64,000 nucleotides of DNA from Chloroflexota bacterium. GTDB taxonomy: Bacteria > Chloroflexota > UBA11872 > VXOZ01. Within the stretch, counting starts at the first letter, position 1. Each line of letters starts with the position of its first letter. The translations under genes and the position numbers were made by a program. This document shows positions 9,070 to 19,382 of the stretch, piece by piece. Where the stretch lies: NCBI GenBank assembly GCA_965208315.1, contig OZ242329.1, forward strand, positions 3,136,500 to 3,200,499. The letters run 5' to 3'. A model generated the notes under the pieces. The model had not been told where the DNA came from. It ran no database searches and was given only the letters and a program-made list of their open reading frames with translations.

Positions 9070-10278
9070 ATGTCACTTGTGAGAATCACTGACGTTGAAG
9101 CCTATCTCCCCCATCGGCCGCCGGAGCCGCCGAGTTGGCTCTCACACATTCGCGTCGCCAATCCCATGTCGCGCTATCCGGAATACGGCGCGCGGCGGGC
9201 GCTTTGGTTGGGTCCGATGGGACCCGTTATCGTGCGCGTCAAGACGGATGACGGCCTGGAGGGTATCGGACTGGGTGGCGGCGGCAATCCGGGCTGCTTC
9301 ATCGTGGAGCAGCACCTCAAGCGCCTGCTTGTCGGCCAGGACCCGCGCGATACGGAACGGCTCTGGGACCAGATGTTTCGCGCTACGCTGCCGTACGGCC
9401 GCAAGGGGCTGCCCCTCATGGCCATCAGCGGCGTCGACAACGCCCTGTGGGATATCAAAGGCAAGGCCGTCGATCGGCCAGTCTACAAGCTCCTTGGTGG
9501 CGCCACCAAACCTGACATTCCGGTATATGCCACCGGCAATCAATCCGCGGTCTACAAGTCGCTGGGGTTTGTGGGCAACAAAGTCGCCATGCCCTACGGC
9601 CCGTGGGACGGCGTCGAGGGCATGAAGCTGAACGAGAAGCACGTGGCGGATGCCCGTGAGGCGCTGGGTCCCGATATGCTGCTGATGCTGGATTGCTACA
9701 TGGCGTGGGACGTTACTTACACGCTGCGCATGGCTGAGCGGCTGCGCCCGTACGACGTTTTCTGGATCGAAGAAGCGCTGCCGCCCGACGATTACGAGGG
9801 CTACGCCGAACTGCGCCGCCGCATCTCCTGGACGCGCATCACCACTGGCGAGCACGAGTACACGCGCTTTGGCTTCCATGAACTCATTCAACGCGGCTGC
9901 GCCGACATCCTGCAGCCCGATCTCGCGTGGTGCGGCGGCATCACCGAGGCCCATCGCGCGGCACAGATGGCCGAACCCCACGGCATCGACGTCATTCCCC
10001 ACGTGGGCGCTACCGCCAGCTACCATTTCTGCCTTGCCCACGGCAATGCGCCGCTGGTTGAGTTCATCTTCCGGACGGGCGACGGCAGCGAACTCGCGCC
10101 CGTGCAGCCCTTCTTCAGTAACGAGCCGCTGCCGGAAAACGGACGCGTGCGGCCGCCGGAAACTGCCGGATGGGGCAACGAAATCGCGTCGGAGGTTACC
10201 TTGGAGCGCCCGCATCCCACAGCGGAGAGCAAGGAAAAGGCCGAACCCGGCTCGGCCGGTCTGGGTACCGGTGAATAA
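9070..10278 (+). CDS. L-rhamnonate dehydratase-like enolase-superfamily enzyme (MR/MLE), copy 1
   Basis: Resembles E. coli RhmD in blocks: MSRYPEYGARR, GCFIVEQHL, VYKLLGG, MLDCYMAWDV, WIEEALPPDDYEGYAELR, TGEHEY, ILQPDLAWCGGIT, RPHP. An AGGA RBS precedes the ATG at 9070. Confidence 0.85.
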   Translation: MSLVRITDVEAYLPHRPPEPPSWLSHIRVANPMSRYPEYGARRALWLGPMGPVIVRVKTDDGLEGIGLGGGGNPGCFIVEQHLKRLLVGQDPRDTERLWDQMFRATLPYGRKGLPLMAISGVDNALWDIKGKAVDRPVYKLLGGATKPDIPVYATGNQSAVYKSLGFVGNKVAMPYGPWDGVEGMKLNEKHVADAREALGPDMLLMLDCYMAWDVTYTLRMAERLRPYDVFWIEEALPPDDYEGYAELRRRISWTRITTGEHEYTRFGFHELIQRGCADILQPDLAWCGGITEAHRAAQMAEPHGIDVIPHVGATASYHFCLAHGNAPLVEFIFRTGDGSELAPVQPFFSNEPLPENGRVRPPETAGWGNEIASEVTLERPHPTAESKEKAEPGSAGLGTGE

Positions 10279-10432
10279 GGATGCAGTCCTTGCGGGTGCG
10301 GGCTTGCAGCGCAGGTTGCAAACCTACGCTACCGGAGATGGCACAACCCTTGCGGAAACGAACTTCTCGGTTTCTCGCGAGAAACCGACCGGTCGCTCGA
10401 CGCAGCAAAAAAGTGAGCGCAACTCCACCACC

Positions 10433-11593
10433 ATGAAAATCGTCGAAATCGAAGCACTCGTGCCCCAAGCTACCGGTCGCCGTAGCTGGCTTGTAGAAGA
10501 GCGCATGGCGAGTCCCATGGCGCCCTATCCCGAATACGCCGAGACGCGCAGTTCCTGGCAGGGCATGGTGCCGCGCACCATCGCCCGGGTCACCACTGAT
10601 GAAGGCGTCGCGGGCATCGGCGTGGGCGGGGGTGGCGCGCCCAGTTGCCACATCATCGAGCACCACCTCAAGCCACTGCTGGTTGGCAGGGACCCGCGCG
10701 ATATTGAGTTGCTCTGGGACCTCATGTACCGCGCCACACTGCCCTACGGGCGCAAGGGGCTGCCCATCATGGCGGTCAGCGCGATAGATAACGCCCTGTG
10801 GGATATCAAGGGCAAGGCGGCAGGGGTGCCGGTCTACGTGCTGCTTGGCGGCAAGACGAAAGGGCCGGGAAACCAGCCGCCGCGCGTTGCTCTTTATGCC
10901 AGCGGCAACCGCTCGGAAGCGTATACGCGTTTAGGGTTTCAACGGAATAAAGTCTTCATGCGCTACGGGCCGCCCGACGGCGCGGAAGGCATGCGGGAAA
11001 ACGAAGCGCAGGTAGCAGCGGCACGTGACGCGCTGGGACCGGACAGGCTCCTCATGATTGACGCCTGGATGGGCTGGGACGTGCCGTATGCCGTCACCAT
11101 GGCCGAGCGCCTGCGCCAGTTTGACGTCTACTGGTTGGAGGAACCGCTGCTGCCTGATGACTACGACGGCTATGCGACGCTGCGCAAGCGACTACCGTGG
11201 CTGCACATTGCCTGCGGCGAGCATGAATACACGCACTACGGGTTTCATGAGCTTATCAAGCAGGGCTGCGCGGACATCTTGCAGCCCGATCTCGCCTGGT
11301 GCGGCGGCATCACCGTGGCGCGGCGCGTGGCGGCCCTGGCCGAGACCCACGGCCTGCAGGTGATTCCCCATATCGGCGGCGTCATGAGCTACAACTTCGT
11401 CGCAGCGCACGGGGTCTGTCCCATGGCGGAATTCATCTTCGGCAGCGGCGACGGCACGGAGATTGCGCCCATTCATTCGTTCTATGTGGGCGAGCCCCTG
11501 CCTGAAGACGGAGAGGTGCAATTGAGCGATGCGCCGGGATGGGGAGTGGAGCTTTCGCCGCAAGCCGCGTACACGCGGCCTCATCCGGTGTAG
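10433..11593 (+). CDS. L-rhamnonate dehydratase-like enolase-superfamily enzyme, copy 2 (tandem paralog)
   Basis: Same motif set as copy 1 (GGGGAPSCHIIEHHL, VYVLLGG, WLEEPLLPDDYDGYATLR, CGEHEY, ILQPDLAWCGGIT). Start moved to MKIVEIEAL. The upstream part of the 574-aa track ORF is probably non-coding. Confidence 0.85.
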   Translation: MKIVEIEALVPQATGRRSWLVEERMASPMAPYPEYAETRSSWQGMVPRTIARVTTDEGVAGIGVGGGGAPSCHIIEHHLKPLLVGRDPRDIELLWDLMYRATLPYGRKGLPIMAVSAIDNALWDIKGKAAGVPVYVLLGGKTKGPGNQPPRVALYASGNRSEAYTRLGFQRNKVFMRYGPPDGAEGMRENEAQVAAARDALGPDRLLMIDAWMGWDVPYAVTMAERLRQFDVYWLEEPLLPDDYDGYATLRKRLPWLHIACGEHEYTHYGFHELIKQGCADILQPDLAWCGGITVARRVAALAETHGLQVIPHIGGVMSYNFVAAHGVCPMAEFIFGSGDGTEIAPIHSFYVGEPLPEDGEVQLSDAPGWGVELSPQAAYTRPHPV

Positions 11594-11653
11594 TCTTAGC
11601 TATTGGCGTAGACTTCGCAATGAGCGCAGACATCGCTGAAAGAGTAGTCTTGC

Positions 11654-12382
11654 TTACAGCCACTGCTCGGCAATCCACTCTTGTATCAGGACGAAGAGTT
11701 GGCTCTCGCTCAGAATCAAACTGACCACGAGCAGGCCGGTCCAGCCGACGAAACTCGCCAGCAGCGCTTTCCAGATCGACCCGTTCAAAGCAGGGCGCAG
11801 GGCCAAGACGCCGTACTCGATCAAGGCCAAGTACGTGAGGGCGGCCAGCGTGACCCCGTACAGCGGGATTACTTGGAAAAACAAGAAGATAGAAGGAACG
11901 TACGCGAAGGCCAGCGCGCGAAAAAGCTGCATGAAACCCGCGCGGCTCCTGAAGAGCACCTTGCACAGCGCGTAGGCCACCAACAACCAGATGACCCAAG
12001 AAATCAGCGCGTCGCTCATGGCCCGGGCAACGTAACCGAAAGCGCCAAAGAAGCCGAACCAGAACATCCCGACGAGCAGCAAGCTGATGTTCTGCACAAC
12101 GGCAACAATCAACACTACCGTCAGCGCCTGCAGGTTCGCCGATTCGTCCTCGTGGGCGTCTTTGAAGACGTCGGTGTTCAGCATCAACCCGTGCACCATG
12201 CGTTCTATGAGTTCCGACCAGCGCACGTAGGGGTCGAGGCGGTCAATCGGCGCCATGACGGCACGGCCCACAACGGTTTCACGCCAGGGCCGCCGCTTGC
12301 GTTCCGGCAGCGGCTTTGCCTTGTAGTCATCGTCGAGCGGCTTCATCCACGCTCGCGGTACGCGGTCCATGCATCCTCCCAC
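11654..12382 (-). CDS. Yip1-family integral membrane protein
   Basis: Cytoplasmic N-terminus plus about five TM helices. Typical Yip1 domain layout. 242 aa. Confidence 0.55.
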   Translation of the reverse strand: MGGCMDRVPRAWMKPLDDDYKAKPLPERKRRPWRETVVGRAVMAPIDRLDPYVRWSELIERMVHGLMLNTDVFKDAHEDESANLQALTVVLIVAVVQNISLLLVGMFWFGFFGAFGYVARAMSDALISWVIWLLVAYALCKVLFRSRAGFMQLFRALAFAYVPSIFLFFQVIPLYGVTLAALTYLALIEYGVLALRPALNGSIWKALLASFVGWTGLLVVSLILSESQLFVLIQEWIAEQWL

Positions 12383-12522
12383 AGCAGTTGCTTACGTTGT
12401 TCAGCCAATTGGCCGAGGCAGCCATTAGCCGTGATCGCGGTGCGCGCCGCACCGATTGCCACGGCAGGTAACTTCCACTAGCATAGAGATTGCTGCTACT
12501 AACACTGTACCAAATCTGAGCG

Positions 12523-13971
12523 ATGTACTTACGACACACACGACTCCTTAGCTGCCTGACACTCCTGATCCTGGTATGGGCAACCCCCGTACTCTCCGTG
12601 CAGGCGCACGACGATCACGAACACAGCGCGCCCGACCATGCCGTAGGTGGAGGCTGGTACTATACGCAGACCGGCAGTGGCACCGGCAAGGGCTACGCTA
12701 TCACGGACTACGGCGGCATTGCCTTTTGGAGTGGCTTTCAGCAGCTCGGCGGCGTGCCGGCGCTGGGATATCCGGTGTCCGGGCGTTTCATTCTGGGCGG
12801 TTTCGTCTACCAAGCGACGCAGAAAGCCCTCTTGCAGTGGAACCCGGGGACAAACAGCGTCAACCTTGCGAACACGTTCGATATGCTCTCCGCCGCCAAC
12901 TATGACGACTGGCTCGTGGCCTACCGGCAGATTCCCAAGAGCTTCGATTGGTCGGCAGACGACCCGATAAATGACTGGGAAGGAACTGTACAGAACCATC
13001 TCACGCGCATCTTCGAGGCGCAGCCCGGCGACACTCGGGCAATGAGCGCGGCCCGCGCCGCGCTGAAAGAGCGTTTTCTCAGCGATCCTGACTGGCTGCA
13101 ACGCTTCGGCCTGCCGATGGCACTTCAAGAGTTCGGACCGATGATCGTCGTGCGTGCCCAACGCAGCGCTTTGCAATACTGGAAAGTCAAGATGCCCTGG
13201 GCAGACGTCGGGGACGTGACGGTAGTGCTTGGCGGTGACCTTGCCAAAGAGTCCGGCCTCATTCCGGCAGCGGCTACGTATCCGCTGGATGTGGCTCTCG
13301 CTGTCTTGAGTGCTGTGAAACCTCCTACAGGAGGACTAGCCTCACCCCCAGCGCCGGCAGGCACGGCGTCTTCTCTTGACATCGTGCGAATTCCCTCTGG
13401 CAGACTTGCCGATCAATTGTCCCTCGTAGCGTCGCCCACAGTCACAGTGTCGCCCCACGGCAACTACCGTATCTACCTACAACTGCGTAATGAATATCAT
13501 TTGTTCATTTCCAGTGCTATCGAGGTGCACTTGCTCGATGCCAGAGGCGCCGACTTAACTCATGCCACCGGCAGTATCACAGCCCTGCTGCCAGGGTCAA
13601 CACGCGTTGTTCGTCTCTTATCCACCGATCCATATGCTGAAGTCCCCGCAGCGGTAGAACTCCGCTTTACCGGTACGCTGGCTGGCGGCGAGAATCACGC
13701 GCGCCATATCAGCTTTAGCGGCACGCATTACGAGCGTGAAGGAAGTCTCCACGTCCTGCACGGGTCGGTCACGAATAACGGCGCGCGCACCTACAGCCTC
13801 GACCTCAACGGCGCGCTTTTCGATGCCGCCGGCAGCGTGCTCGGCATGGCAATCGGACAGGTGAGCAACCTCCTCCCGGGAGAGACACGAGAACTCAGGC
13901 TAACCACCGACGAAGACATTCAGGGCGTAGCCTCCCACACGGTAGCAGTTAACGTGATAGTTCCGAGATAA
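12523..13971 (+). CDS. secreted hypothetical protein (signal peptide, His-rich N-terminus)
   Basis: Signal peptide MYLRHTRLLSCLTLLILVWATPVLSVQA, followed by HDDHEHSAPDH. 482 aa. No family recognised. Confidence 0.5.
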   Translation: MYLRHTRLLSCLTLLILVWATPVLSVQAHDDHEHSAPDHAVGGGWYYTQTGSGTGKGYAITDYGGIAFWSGFQQLGGVPALGYPVSGRFILGGFVYQATQKALLQWNPGTNSVNLANTFDMLSAANYDDWLVAYRQIPKSFDWSADDPINDWEGTVQNHLTRIFEAQPGDTRAMSAARAALKERFLSDPDWLQRFGLPMALQEFGPMIVVRAQRSALQYWKVKMPWADVGDVTVVLGGDLAKESGLIPAAATYPLDVALAVLSAVKPPTGGLASPPAPAGTASSLDIVRIPSGRLADQLSLVASPTVTVSPHGNYRIYLQLRNEYHLFISSAIEVHLLDARGADLTHATGSITALLPGSTRVVRLLSTDPYAEVPAAVELRFTGTLAGGENHARHISFSGTHYEREGSLHVLHGSVTNNGARTYSLDLNGALFDAAGSVLGMAIGQVSNLLPGETRELRLTTDEDIQGVASHTVAVNVIVPR

Positions 13972-14362
13972 AACCTACCCCTCTGTCGAGACCCCACCAC
14001 AGGCCGCCTCGCGCCAGGTCTTCTTTCCCGCTACCTTGTGTCGGCAGTCAGCTAAGGCGCCTTGCGCACAGTCGCTGATCTCTATGGCGGCGCGTTCATG
14101 CGCAGCCGCCCTCATGGGTCCTTTGCATACCTCTGCAAACGCTTGGAATCAGACTAGGCCGGAAGCGAGTAGTCTTCTCACCTATTGGCACGGTTTGTGC
14201 CAGGATATCCATAACCGGAACAATCCTGACAGATGGATGTCTATGGGTTTGCCATTGCGCGGTTTGGGGACAAAGATTGCCTGGGAAGTTCAGGCCTAGA
14301 ATCCAAGTTCGTCGTGAATATCCGATCTCCGTGAAGTCCGAACAAACTAAAGTGAAACAATC

Positions 14363-16291
14363 ATGAGTTTTATCATGCCGAAATGGCTCAGTGAACCCGC
14401 CGGCCGCCTGCGGGCCACAGCTACTGGAGCAGGCTACATCCTGGGGCTTCTCTTCAAGGAAGTCCCGGTGGCTGCCACGCTCATTACGCTCCAGAGCTTC
14501 GCCGCTGGCACCACCACGCCGCTCATCGTCTTCGCCATCAGCGGCCTCATCGATGACGTACGGCGCTCCGTACCCAACCCCACTGGTATAAACTTCACCG
14601 ATGAATTCCAGCGCTCCCCGGCCAATTCTACTGACGTTTGGTCCTCCATAGTCCCTTGGCTCTTGATCCTACTTGCTGCCTTTATCATCCGCAGCCTTGA
14701 CGGCGCGCTAGGGGACTATCTCAGTCAGTTGACGGGCTTGCGCCTTGGCGCTACCGTGCAGCACATGGTGTGCGCGAAAGCCGTCGCGCTGCCGCTGAGC
14801 GTCTTCGAGCGGGAAGAGTATTACACTAAGCTGGAGGTGACAGGCAAAGAGGGAGGGAGCATCCTCAGCGACTTCCTGGAGAATGTCTCGTGGCTTGTGA
14901 CGTCGCTGGTCGGCGCGGCCGGGTTGATGGTGTTGTTCTTTCGGGCCCACTGGCTGATTGGGGTTGCGCTGGTTACCGTGATGGGGTTGCGGGCAGTTGT
15001 GCAATCGTACACCGAGCACAACTTGCTAGAGGTCGAATACCAAAACTCGCCCCGCCGGCGCGAGAAGCAATACTGGTCGCGGCTCCTTACCAGCCGGGAG
15101 GCTATCCCCGAGATCCGGCTGTCCGGTCTCTCAGACTTCCTGCTCCGCCGACGCCATAGCGTCTTCCAGCGCTTTCTCGTGGAGATTGTTGCTGCCCAAC
15201 GCAAGGTGGCGCTGCCGGGGTTGGGCAGTGTTGCCGCGCAAGAAGCGGTAGCGTTCATCATTGTATTCGCCCTGCTAATTGCCTTGGTCGGCAACATCAC
15301 TTTGGGCAGCTTGGTCGCGCTGCTGTATGGCCTCACCCGGTTTCGCGACCTCGCCGACAACGTCGCCTGGGGCTTGCGAAATATCTATGAGGAGTTGCAA
15401 TACTCCGAGTATCTGCGCGACTTTCTCTCCCTTGAAGCGGAAACGCCGGATACGCCGGAAATTGAGCATCGAATACAGCGGCCCCTGCGCCAGGGGATTC
15501 AGTTTCGCGATGTCAGCTTTACGTATCCTGGCGCGGATCGACCGGCGCTCGCCAACATCAACTTGGAGATCCGGCCCGGTGAGCGCATCGCCCTCGTGGG
15601 CGAGAACGGCGCGGGCAAGACGACACTCGTGCGTTTGCTCCTCGGCCTCTACCGACCCACGCAAGGGACCATACTGGTGGACGGTACGGACCTGTCCACA
15701 CTCGATCCCGAGGCCTGGCGGCGGGAGGCGACCGCGGTGTTCCAGGATTTCGTCCGCTATCCCACGACGGTGTTTGAGAACATCGCCTATGGCGACACCG
15801 CCTTGCTGGCTGCGTCTCCGCAAACCGCATCCGCAACCCATCCCCGCATCGCCGCGGCTGCGGCGCAGAGCGGGGCGGATGGGTTCGTCGCCGCTCTGTC
15901 TGCAGGCTACGCAACGCCTCTCGGCAAGGAATGGCCGGGTGGGACGGAGCTCTCTTCCGGCCAGTGGCAGCGGCTAGCCCTGGCGCGGGCGTACCTGCGC
16001 GATGCCCAAATCGTCGCTCTCGATGAACCCACCGCCGCCTTGGACCCGCGCGCGGAGGTGGAATTCTACCGGCAGTTTACCCAGGTAGCCGCCGGGCGCA
16101 CCGCAGTTTTGGTCTCGCACCGGCTGGGCGCGGCCCGCCTGGGAGACCGGATCGTCGTGCTGGCACACGGTCGCATTGTCGAAGAAGGCAATCACGAGGC
16201 TCTGCTGCACCAGGACGGCGTTTACGCGCACATGTACGGCCTCCAGGCGCGTTGGTATGCCGCGCCGCTCAATGCGGAGGACGACTCATGA
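14363..16291 (+). CDS. ABC transporter ATP-binding protein/permease (exporter half-transporter), subunit 1
   Basis: N-terminal 6-TM domain. Walker A GENGAGKTTLVRLL, signature variant LSSGQWQRLALARA, Walker B VALDEPTAALD, H-loop LVSHR. Confidence 0.85.
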   Translation: MSFIMPKWLSEPAGRLRATATGAGYILGLLFKEVPVAATLITLQSFAAGTTTPLIVFAISGLIDDVRRSVPNPTGINFTDEFQRSPANSTDVWSSIVPWLLILLAAFIIRSLDGALGDYLSQLTGLRLGATVQHMVCAKAVALPLSVFEREEYYTKLEVTGKEGGSILSDFLENVSWLVTSLVGAAGLMVLFFRAHWLIGVALVTVMGLRAVVQSYTEHNLLEVEYQNSPRRREKQYWSRLLTSREAIPEIRLSGLSDFLLRRRHSVFQRFLVEIVAAQRKVALPGLGSVAAQEAVAFIIVFALLIALVGNITLGSLVALLYGLTRFRDLADNVAWGLRNIYEELQYSEYLRDFLSLEAETPDTPEIEHRIQRPLRQGIQFRDVSFTYPGADRPALANINLEIRPGERIALVGENGAGKTTLVRLLLGLYRPTQGTILVDGTDLSTLDPEAWRREATAVFQDFVRYPTTVFENIAYGDTALLAASPQTASATHPRIAAAAAQSGADGFVAALSAGYATPLGKEWPGGTELSSGQWQRLALARAYLRDAQIVALDEPTAALDPRAEVEFYRQFTQVAAGRTAVLVSHRLGAARLGDRIVVLAHGRIVEEGNHEALLHQDGVYAHMYGLQARWYAAPLNAEDDS

Positions 16292-18105
16292 GCACTGAAC
16301 CAAACACCACCCCAAGGTCTTGGCAGCGCCTTAAGTATGTGCCACCTACGCTGGGCCTCCTGCTCGCAGCCGACGCCAGAGGGACAGTTCTGCATTTCAC
16401 GATAAGCATTGTCATGGGTCTCTTTCCCTTGGCCGAGGTGCATGCATTGCGCCGGCTCATCGAAACGGCGGAACTGATAGTCGCGGGAAGCGCCCCCGTG
16501 GCAGACGGTCTCGCGTGGGGACTCGGTCTCGCCCTGCTCGCGATCCTGCACGCTGCGGTAGTGCACGTCAGGGAAATCGTCGACCGCCGTCATCAGGAGG
16601 TCTTGGGCAACTACCTAGAGGAGCGGTGCCTGCAGCAGGCGCAGTCGATGCCGTTGGAGTGGTTCGAGCATGACAAGCACTACGACCTGTTGCACCTGGT
16701 GCGGCGCAGAACGGTGGGACGGTTGGGAGCCACGACCAGTTTTCTCACAAGGAGCCTTTCAGATATTGTGACTATGGCGTCGCTCCTCATCTACCTGGGG
16801 CAATTCCACTGGGGACTGCCGCTCCTGCTTGCCCTCGGATCAACGCCAGGCGCGCTGCTGCGTGAATTCATCAATCGACAAAGATACCTGATGGACCGCA
16901 CGCAAGCCCCGGACGAACGCCGCTTTGGCGTCTATATCGACCTGCTGACCGGCCGGCATTCAGCGGCAGAGATTCGGCTCTTCAGCCTTGGGCAATGGCT
17001 GCTCAATCAAGCCGGGCAGCTCCGTCGCAGTCTCCATAAAGAACGACTGCAACTTGCGGCGCGTGAAGCGCGGCTTACGGTTGTCTCGGACGGCATGAAC
17101 GGCCTGACGCACATTGCGGCCCTCGGCCTGAGCGTCGGCCTCCTCATCAACGGACACATCAGCATTGGCGCGGCGGCAGCCCTATTCGCCGCAATCGAGA
17201 CGTTCCAAATCACGTTCTTCGGGCTGATTTGGTGTGGGTCTATGCTCTACAACTCTCTCCGCTACTTGGAGGACTACTTTGTGCTGATGGACAACCCACG
17301 CCTTGACCTAAGGGCCGGCCGGAAACTGGATCAACCGCTGGCCACACCTATCGTCTTGGAGAATCTCACCTTCACATATCCCGGAGCCGAACGGCCGGCA
17401 CTCTCCGACCTCAACCTAGAACTTCGGCCCGGCGAGCGCATCGCCCTCGTTGGCGAAAACGGGGCAGGCAAGACCACTCTGGTCAAACTCCTGATGGGCC
17501 TCTATCGCCCCACGTCCGGCCGCATCCTTGTAGATGGGGTTGACCTTGCTGACATTGCGCCCGCCGATTGGCACCGGAAATTCGGCACCGTTTTTCAGAC
17601 CTATTTGCGCTACCAGACTACCGTAGAGGAAAACATCACTTTCGGCTGGCTGGAAGGTGCTGACGACAAAGAGCACCTCCAAGCCGTCCTCACGCGCAGC
17701 GGCGCGCAGGAAGTAGTAGCTGAACTGCCGCAAGGACTGAGCACACGGCTAGGCAAGGAGTACCACGCCGGCGCGGAGCTATCGGTGGGACAGTGGCAGA
17801 AACTGGCAATCGCGCGGGCCTATTTCCGCCCCGCCGAAATTCTCATCCTGGACGAACCGGCTTCGGCCCTCGATGCCAAGGCCGAAGCAGCGGTCTATCG
17901 GCACTTTGCCGACCTGGCGCAAGACCGCACGGCGATCCTCATCTCCCACCGCCTGGCATCATGCCAGATCGCCGACCGGATTCTGGTGTTGCGTGAGGGC
18001 CGCTTGGTGGAGGAGGGAACGCACGACGCCCTGCTCGCGTCCGGCGGCGAATATGCCGAACTCTACGGCCTTCAAGCTGCTGCTTACCGAGAAGACGCCA
18101 GTTGA
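16288..18105 (+). CDS. ABC transporter ATP-binding protein/permease (exporter half-transporter), subunit 2
   Basis: ATGA start overlap with the upstream gene. Walker A GENGAGKTTLVKLL, signature LSVGQWQKLAIARA, Walker B LILDEPASALD. Confidence 0.85.
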   Translation: MSTEPNTTPRSWQRLKYVPPTLGLLLAADARGTVLHFTISIVMGLFPLAEVHALRRLIETAELIVAGSAPVADGLAWGLGLALLAILHAAVVHVREIVDRRHQEVLGNYLEERCLQQAQSMPLEWFEHDKHYDLLHLVRRRTVGRLGATTSFLTRSLSDIVTMASLLIYLGQFHWGLPLLLALGSTPGALLREFINRQRYLMDRTQAPDERRFGVYIDLLTGRHSAAEIRLFSLGQWLLNQAGQLRRSLHKERLQLAAREARLTVVSDGMNGLTHIAALGLSVGLLINGHISIGAAAALFAAIETFQITFFGLIWCGSMLYNSLRYLEDYFVLMDNPRLDLRAGRKLDQPLATPIVLENLTFTYPGAERPALSDLNLELRPGERIALVGENGAGKTTLVKLLMGLYRPTSGRILVDGVDLADIAPADWHRKFGTVFQTYLRYQTTVEENITFGWLEGADDKEHLQAVLTRSGAQEVVAELPQGLSTRLGKEYHAGAELSVGQWQKLAIARAYFRPAEILILDEPASALDAKAEAAVYRHFADLAQDRTAILISHRLASCQIADRILVLREGRLVEEGTHDALLASGGEYAELYGLQAAAYREDAS

Positions 18106-18263
18106 AGTCCATGCGTGTGTGCGGCGTGCTTCTAAGGAGTCGTCCCACAGCGTCGCGAGGCACATTCCAGGGTTTACACGGACTCCGCAAATGTAGCATG
18201 ATAAAGCGTAAGCTTTTGCGTAGCATAAGCATCTGCGCCCACGGGCTAATGAGGAGGTCGGTT

Positions 18264-19229
18264 GTGGGAGAACCGTTCGCGTATTTTGAAGGGAATGTGG
18301 TGCCGCTTGGTGACGCCAAAGTAGGCATCATGACTCACGCGCTCAACTACGGCACCGGCTGTTTTGAGGGCATTCGGGGCTACTGGGTGCCGGAGGACGA
18401 GCAGGTCTATCTCTTTCGCGCGCGTGAGCACTTTGAGCGTTTGCACCGCTCCGCGCATATCCTGCGCATGAAGGTGCGCCTCAGCCCGGAGGAATTGACG
18501 CAACTCGCCTGTGACCTCGTCGCGAAGTCCGGCTACCGCGAAGACGTGTACGTGCGCCCGCTCGTCTACAAGAGCGCCGAGCAGGTGGGACTCTCGTTGG
18601 TGCGCAAAGCCGAAGACGGCAGTCTGGAAGACGTGCCGGACGACTTCTTTATGTTTACCGTGCCGTTTGGGGCCTATTTGGACCTGGACAAGCCGATTCG
18701 CGTCACCATTTCCCCCTGGCGGCGCATCGATGACAACGTGATTCCGCCGCGAGCGAAAGTTACGGGACTATACATCAATTCGGCCTTGGCGACCTCCCAA
18801 GCCAAGGAACTGGGCTTTGACGAAGCCATCATGTTGAACAGCGACGGCTCGGTTTCGGAGGGCCCCGGCGAAAACATCTTCATGCTGCGGGACGGCAAGC
18901 TCATAACCACCGGACCTGACTCGAATATCCTCGAAGGTATCACGCGCCATGCCGTGATGACGCTGGCACAAGAGGAACTCGGCATTGAAGTGGTGGAGCG
19001 GCGCATTGCGCGCACCGAACTCTACATTGCCGATGAACTCTTCTTTACCGGCACGGCCGCGCAGATTTCCGCCATCGGCGAGGTAGACGGCAGAGTCATC
19101 GGCAGCGGCGAAATCGGCCCCGTGACGGCCCGGCTGCAGGAAGTCTTCTTCGACGCGGTGCGCAACCGCAATCCGAAGTACGGCGACTGGTGCGCCGCCG
19201 TCTATCCCGTAAGCGCCGGCGTCTCGTAG
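18264..19229 (+). CDS. ilvE: branched-chain amino acid aminotransferase (class IV PLP enzyme)
   Basis: FEGNVVPLGDAKVGIMTHALNYGTGCFEGIRGY and LFFTGTAAQISAIGEVDGRVIG. A GAGGAGG RBS sits 7 nt upstream of the GTG at 18264. Confidence 0.85.
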   Translation: MGEPFAYFEGNVVPLGDAKVGIMTHALNYGTGCFEGIRGYWVPEDEQVYLFRAREHFERLHRSAHILRMKVRLSPEELTQLACDLVAKSGYREDVYVRPLVYKSAEQVGLSLVRKAEDGSLEDVPDDFFMFTVPFGAYLDLDKPIRVTISPWRRIDDNVIPPRAKVTGLYINSALATSQAKELGFDEAIMLNSDGSVSEGPGENIFMLRDGKLITTGPDSNILEGITRHAVMTLAQEELGIEVVERRIARTELYIADELFFTGTAAQISAIGEVDGRVIGSGEIGPVTARLQEVFFDAVRNRNPKYGDWCAAVYPVSAGVS

Positions 19230-19382
19230 GGCGCTTCGCGCTTTACCGCGCTCGTGTGGCAGCCGTGTTTCTCCTTGTCACGTGAGTGTTCTTTGGGGTT
19301 TGCCGGTGCCGCCGTCGTTTACCGGTTGTTCGTGGAGAGGCAGTGGCCCACGTGATGCGCAGACCACCGCCGAGGAAGCAGG

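Noticed and set aside
9142-10215. Long antisense ORFs opposite strongly supported genes, e.g. 9142..10215(-) 357 aa, 22955..24091(-) 378 aa, 1548..2159(-), 37234..37956(+), 49769..50770(+), 51032..51754(+), 58686..59684(+)
   Set aside because: High GC suppresses stop codons on the opposite strand. The sense-strand genes carry unambiguous family motifs (RhmD, panB, argJ, ThuA, hydrolase). The antisense translations are Arg/Ala/Gly-rich with no motifs.
9869-10432. N-terminal 188-aa extension of the second rhmD ORF (track start 9869)
   Set aside because: The extension overlaps the end of the first rhmD and the spacer that contains the hairpin. Homology to RhmD begins at MKIVEIEAL (10433).
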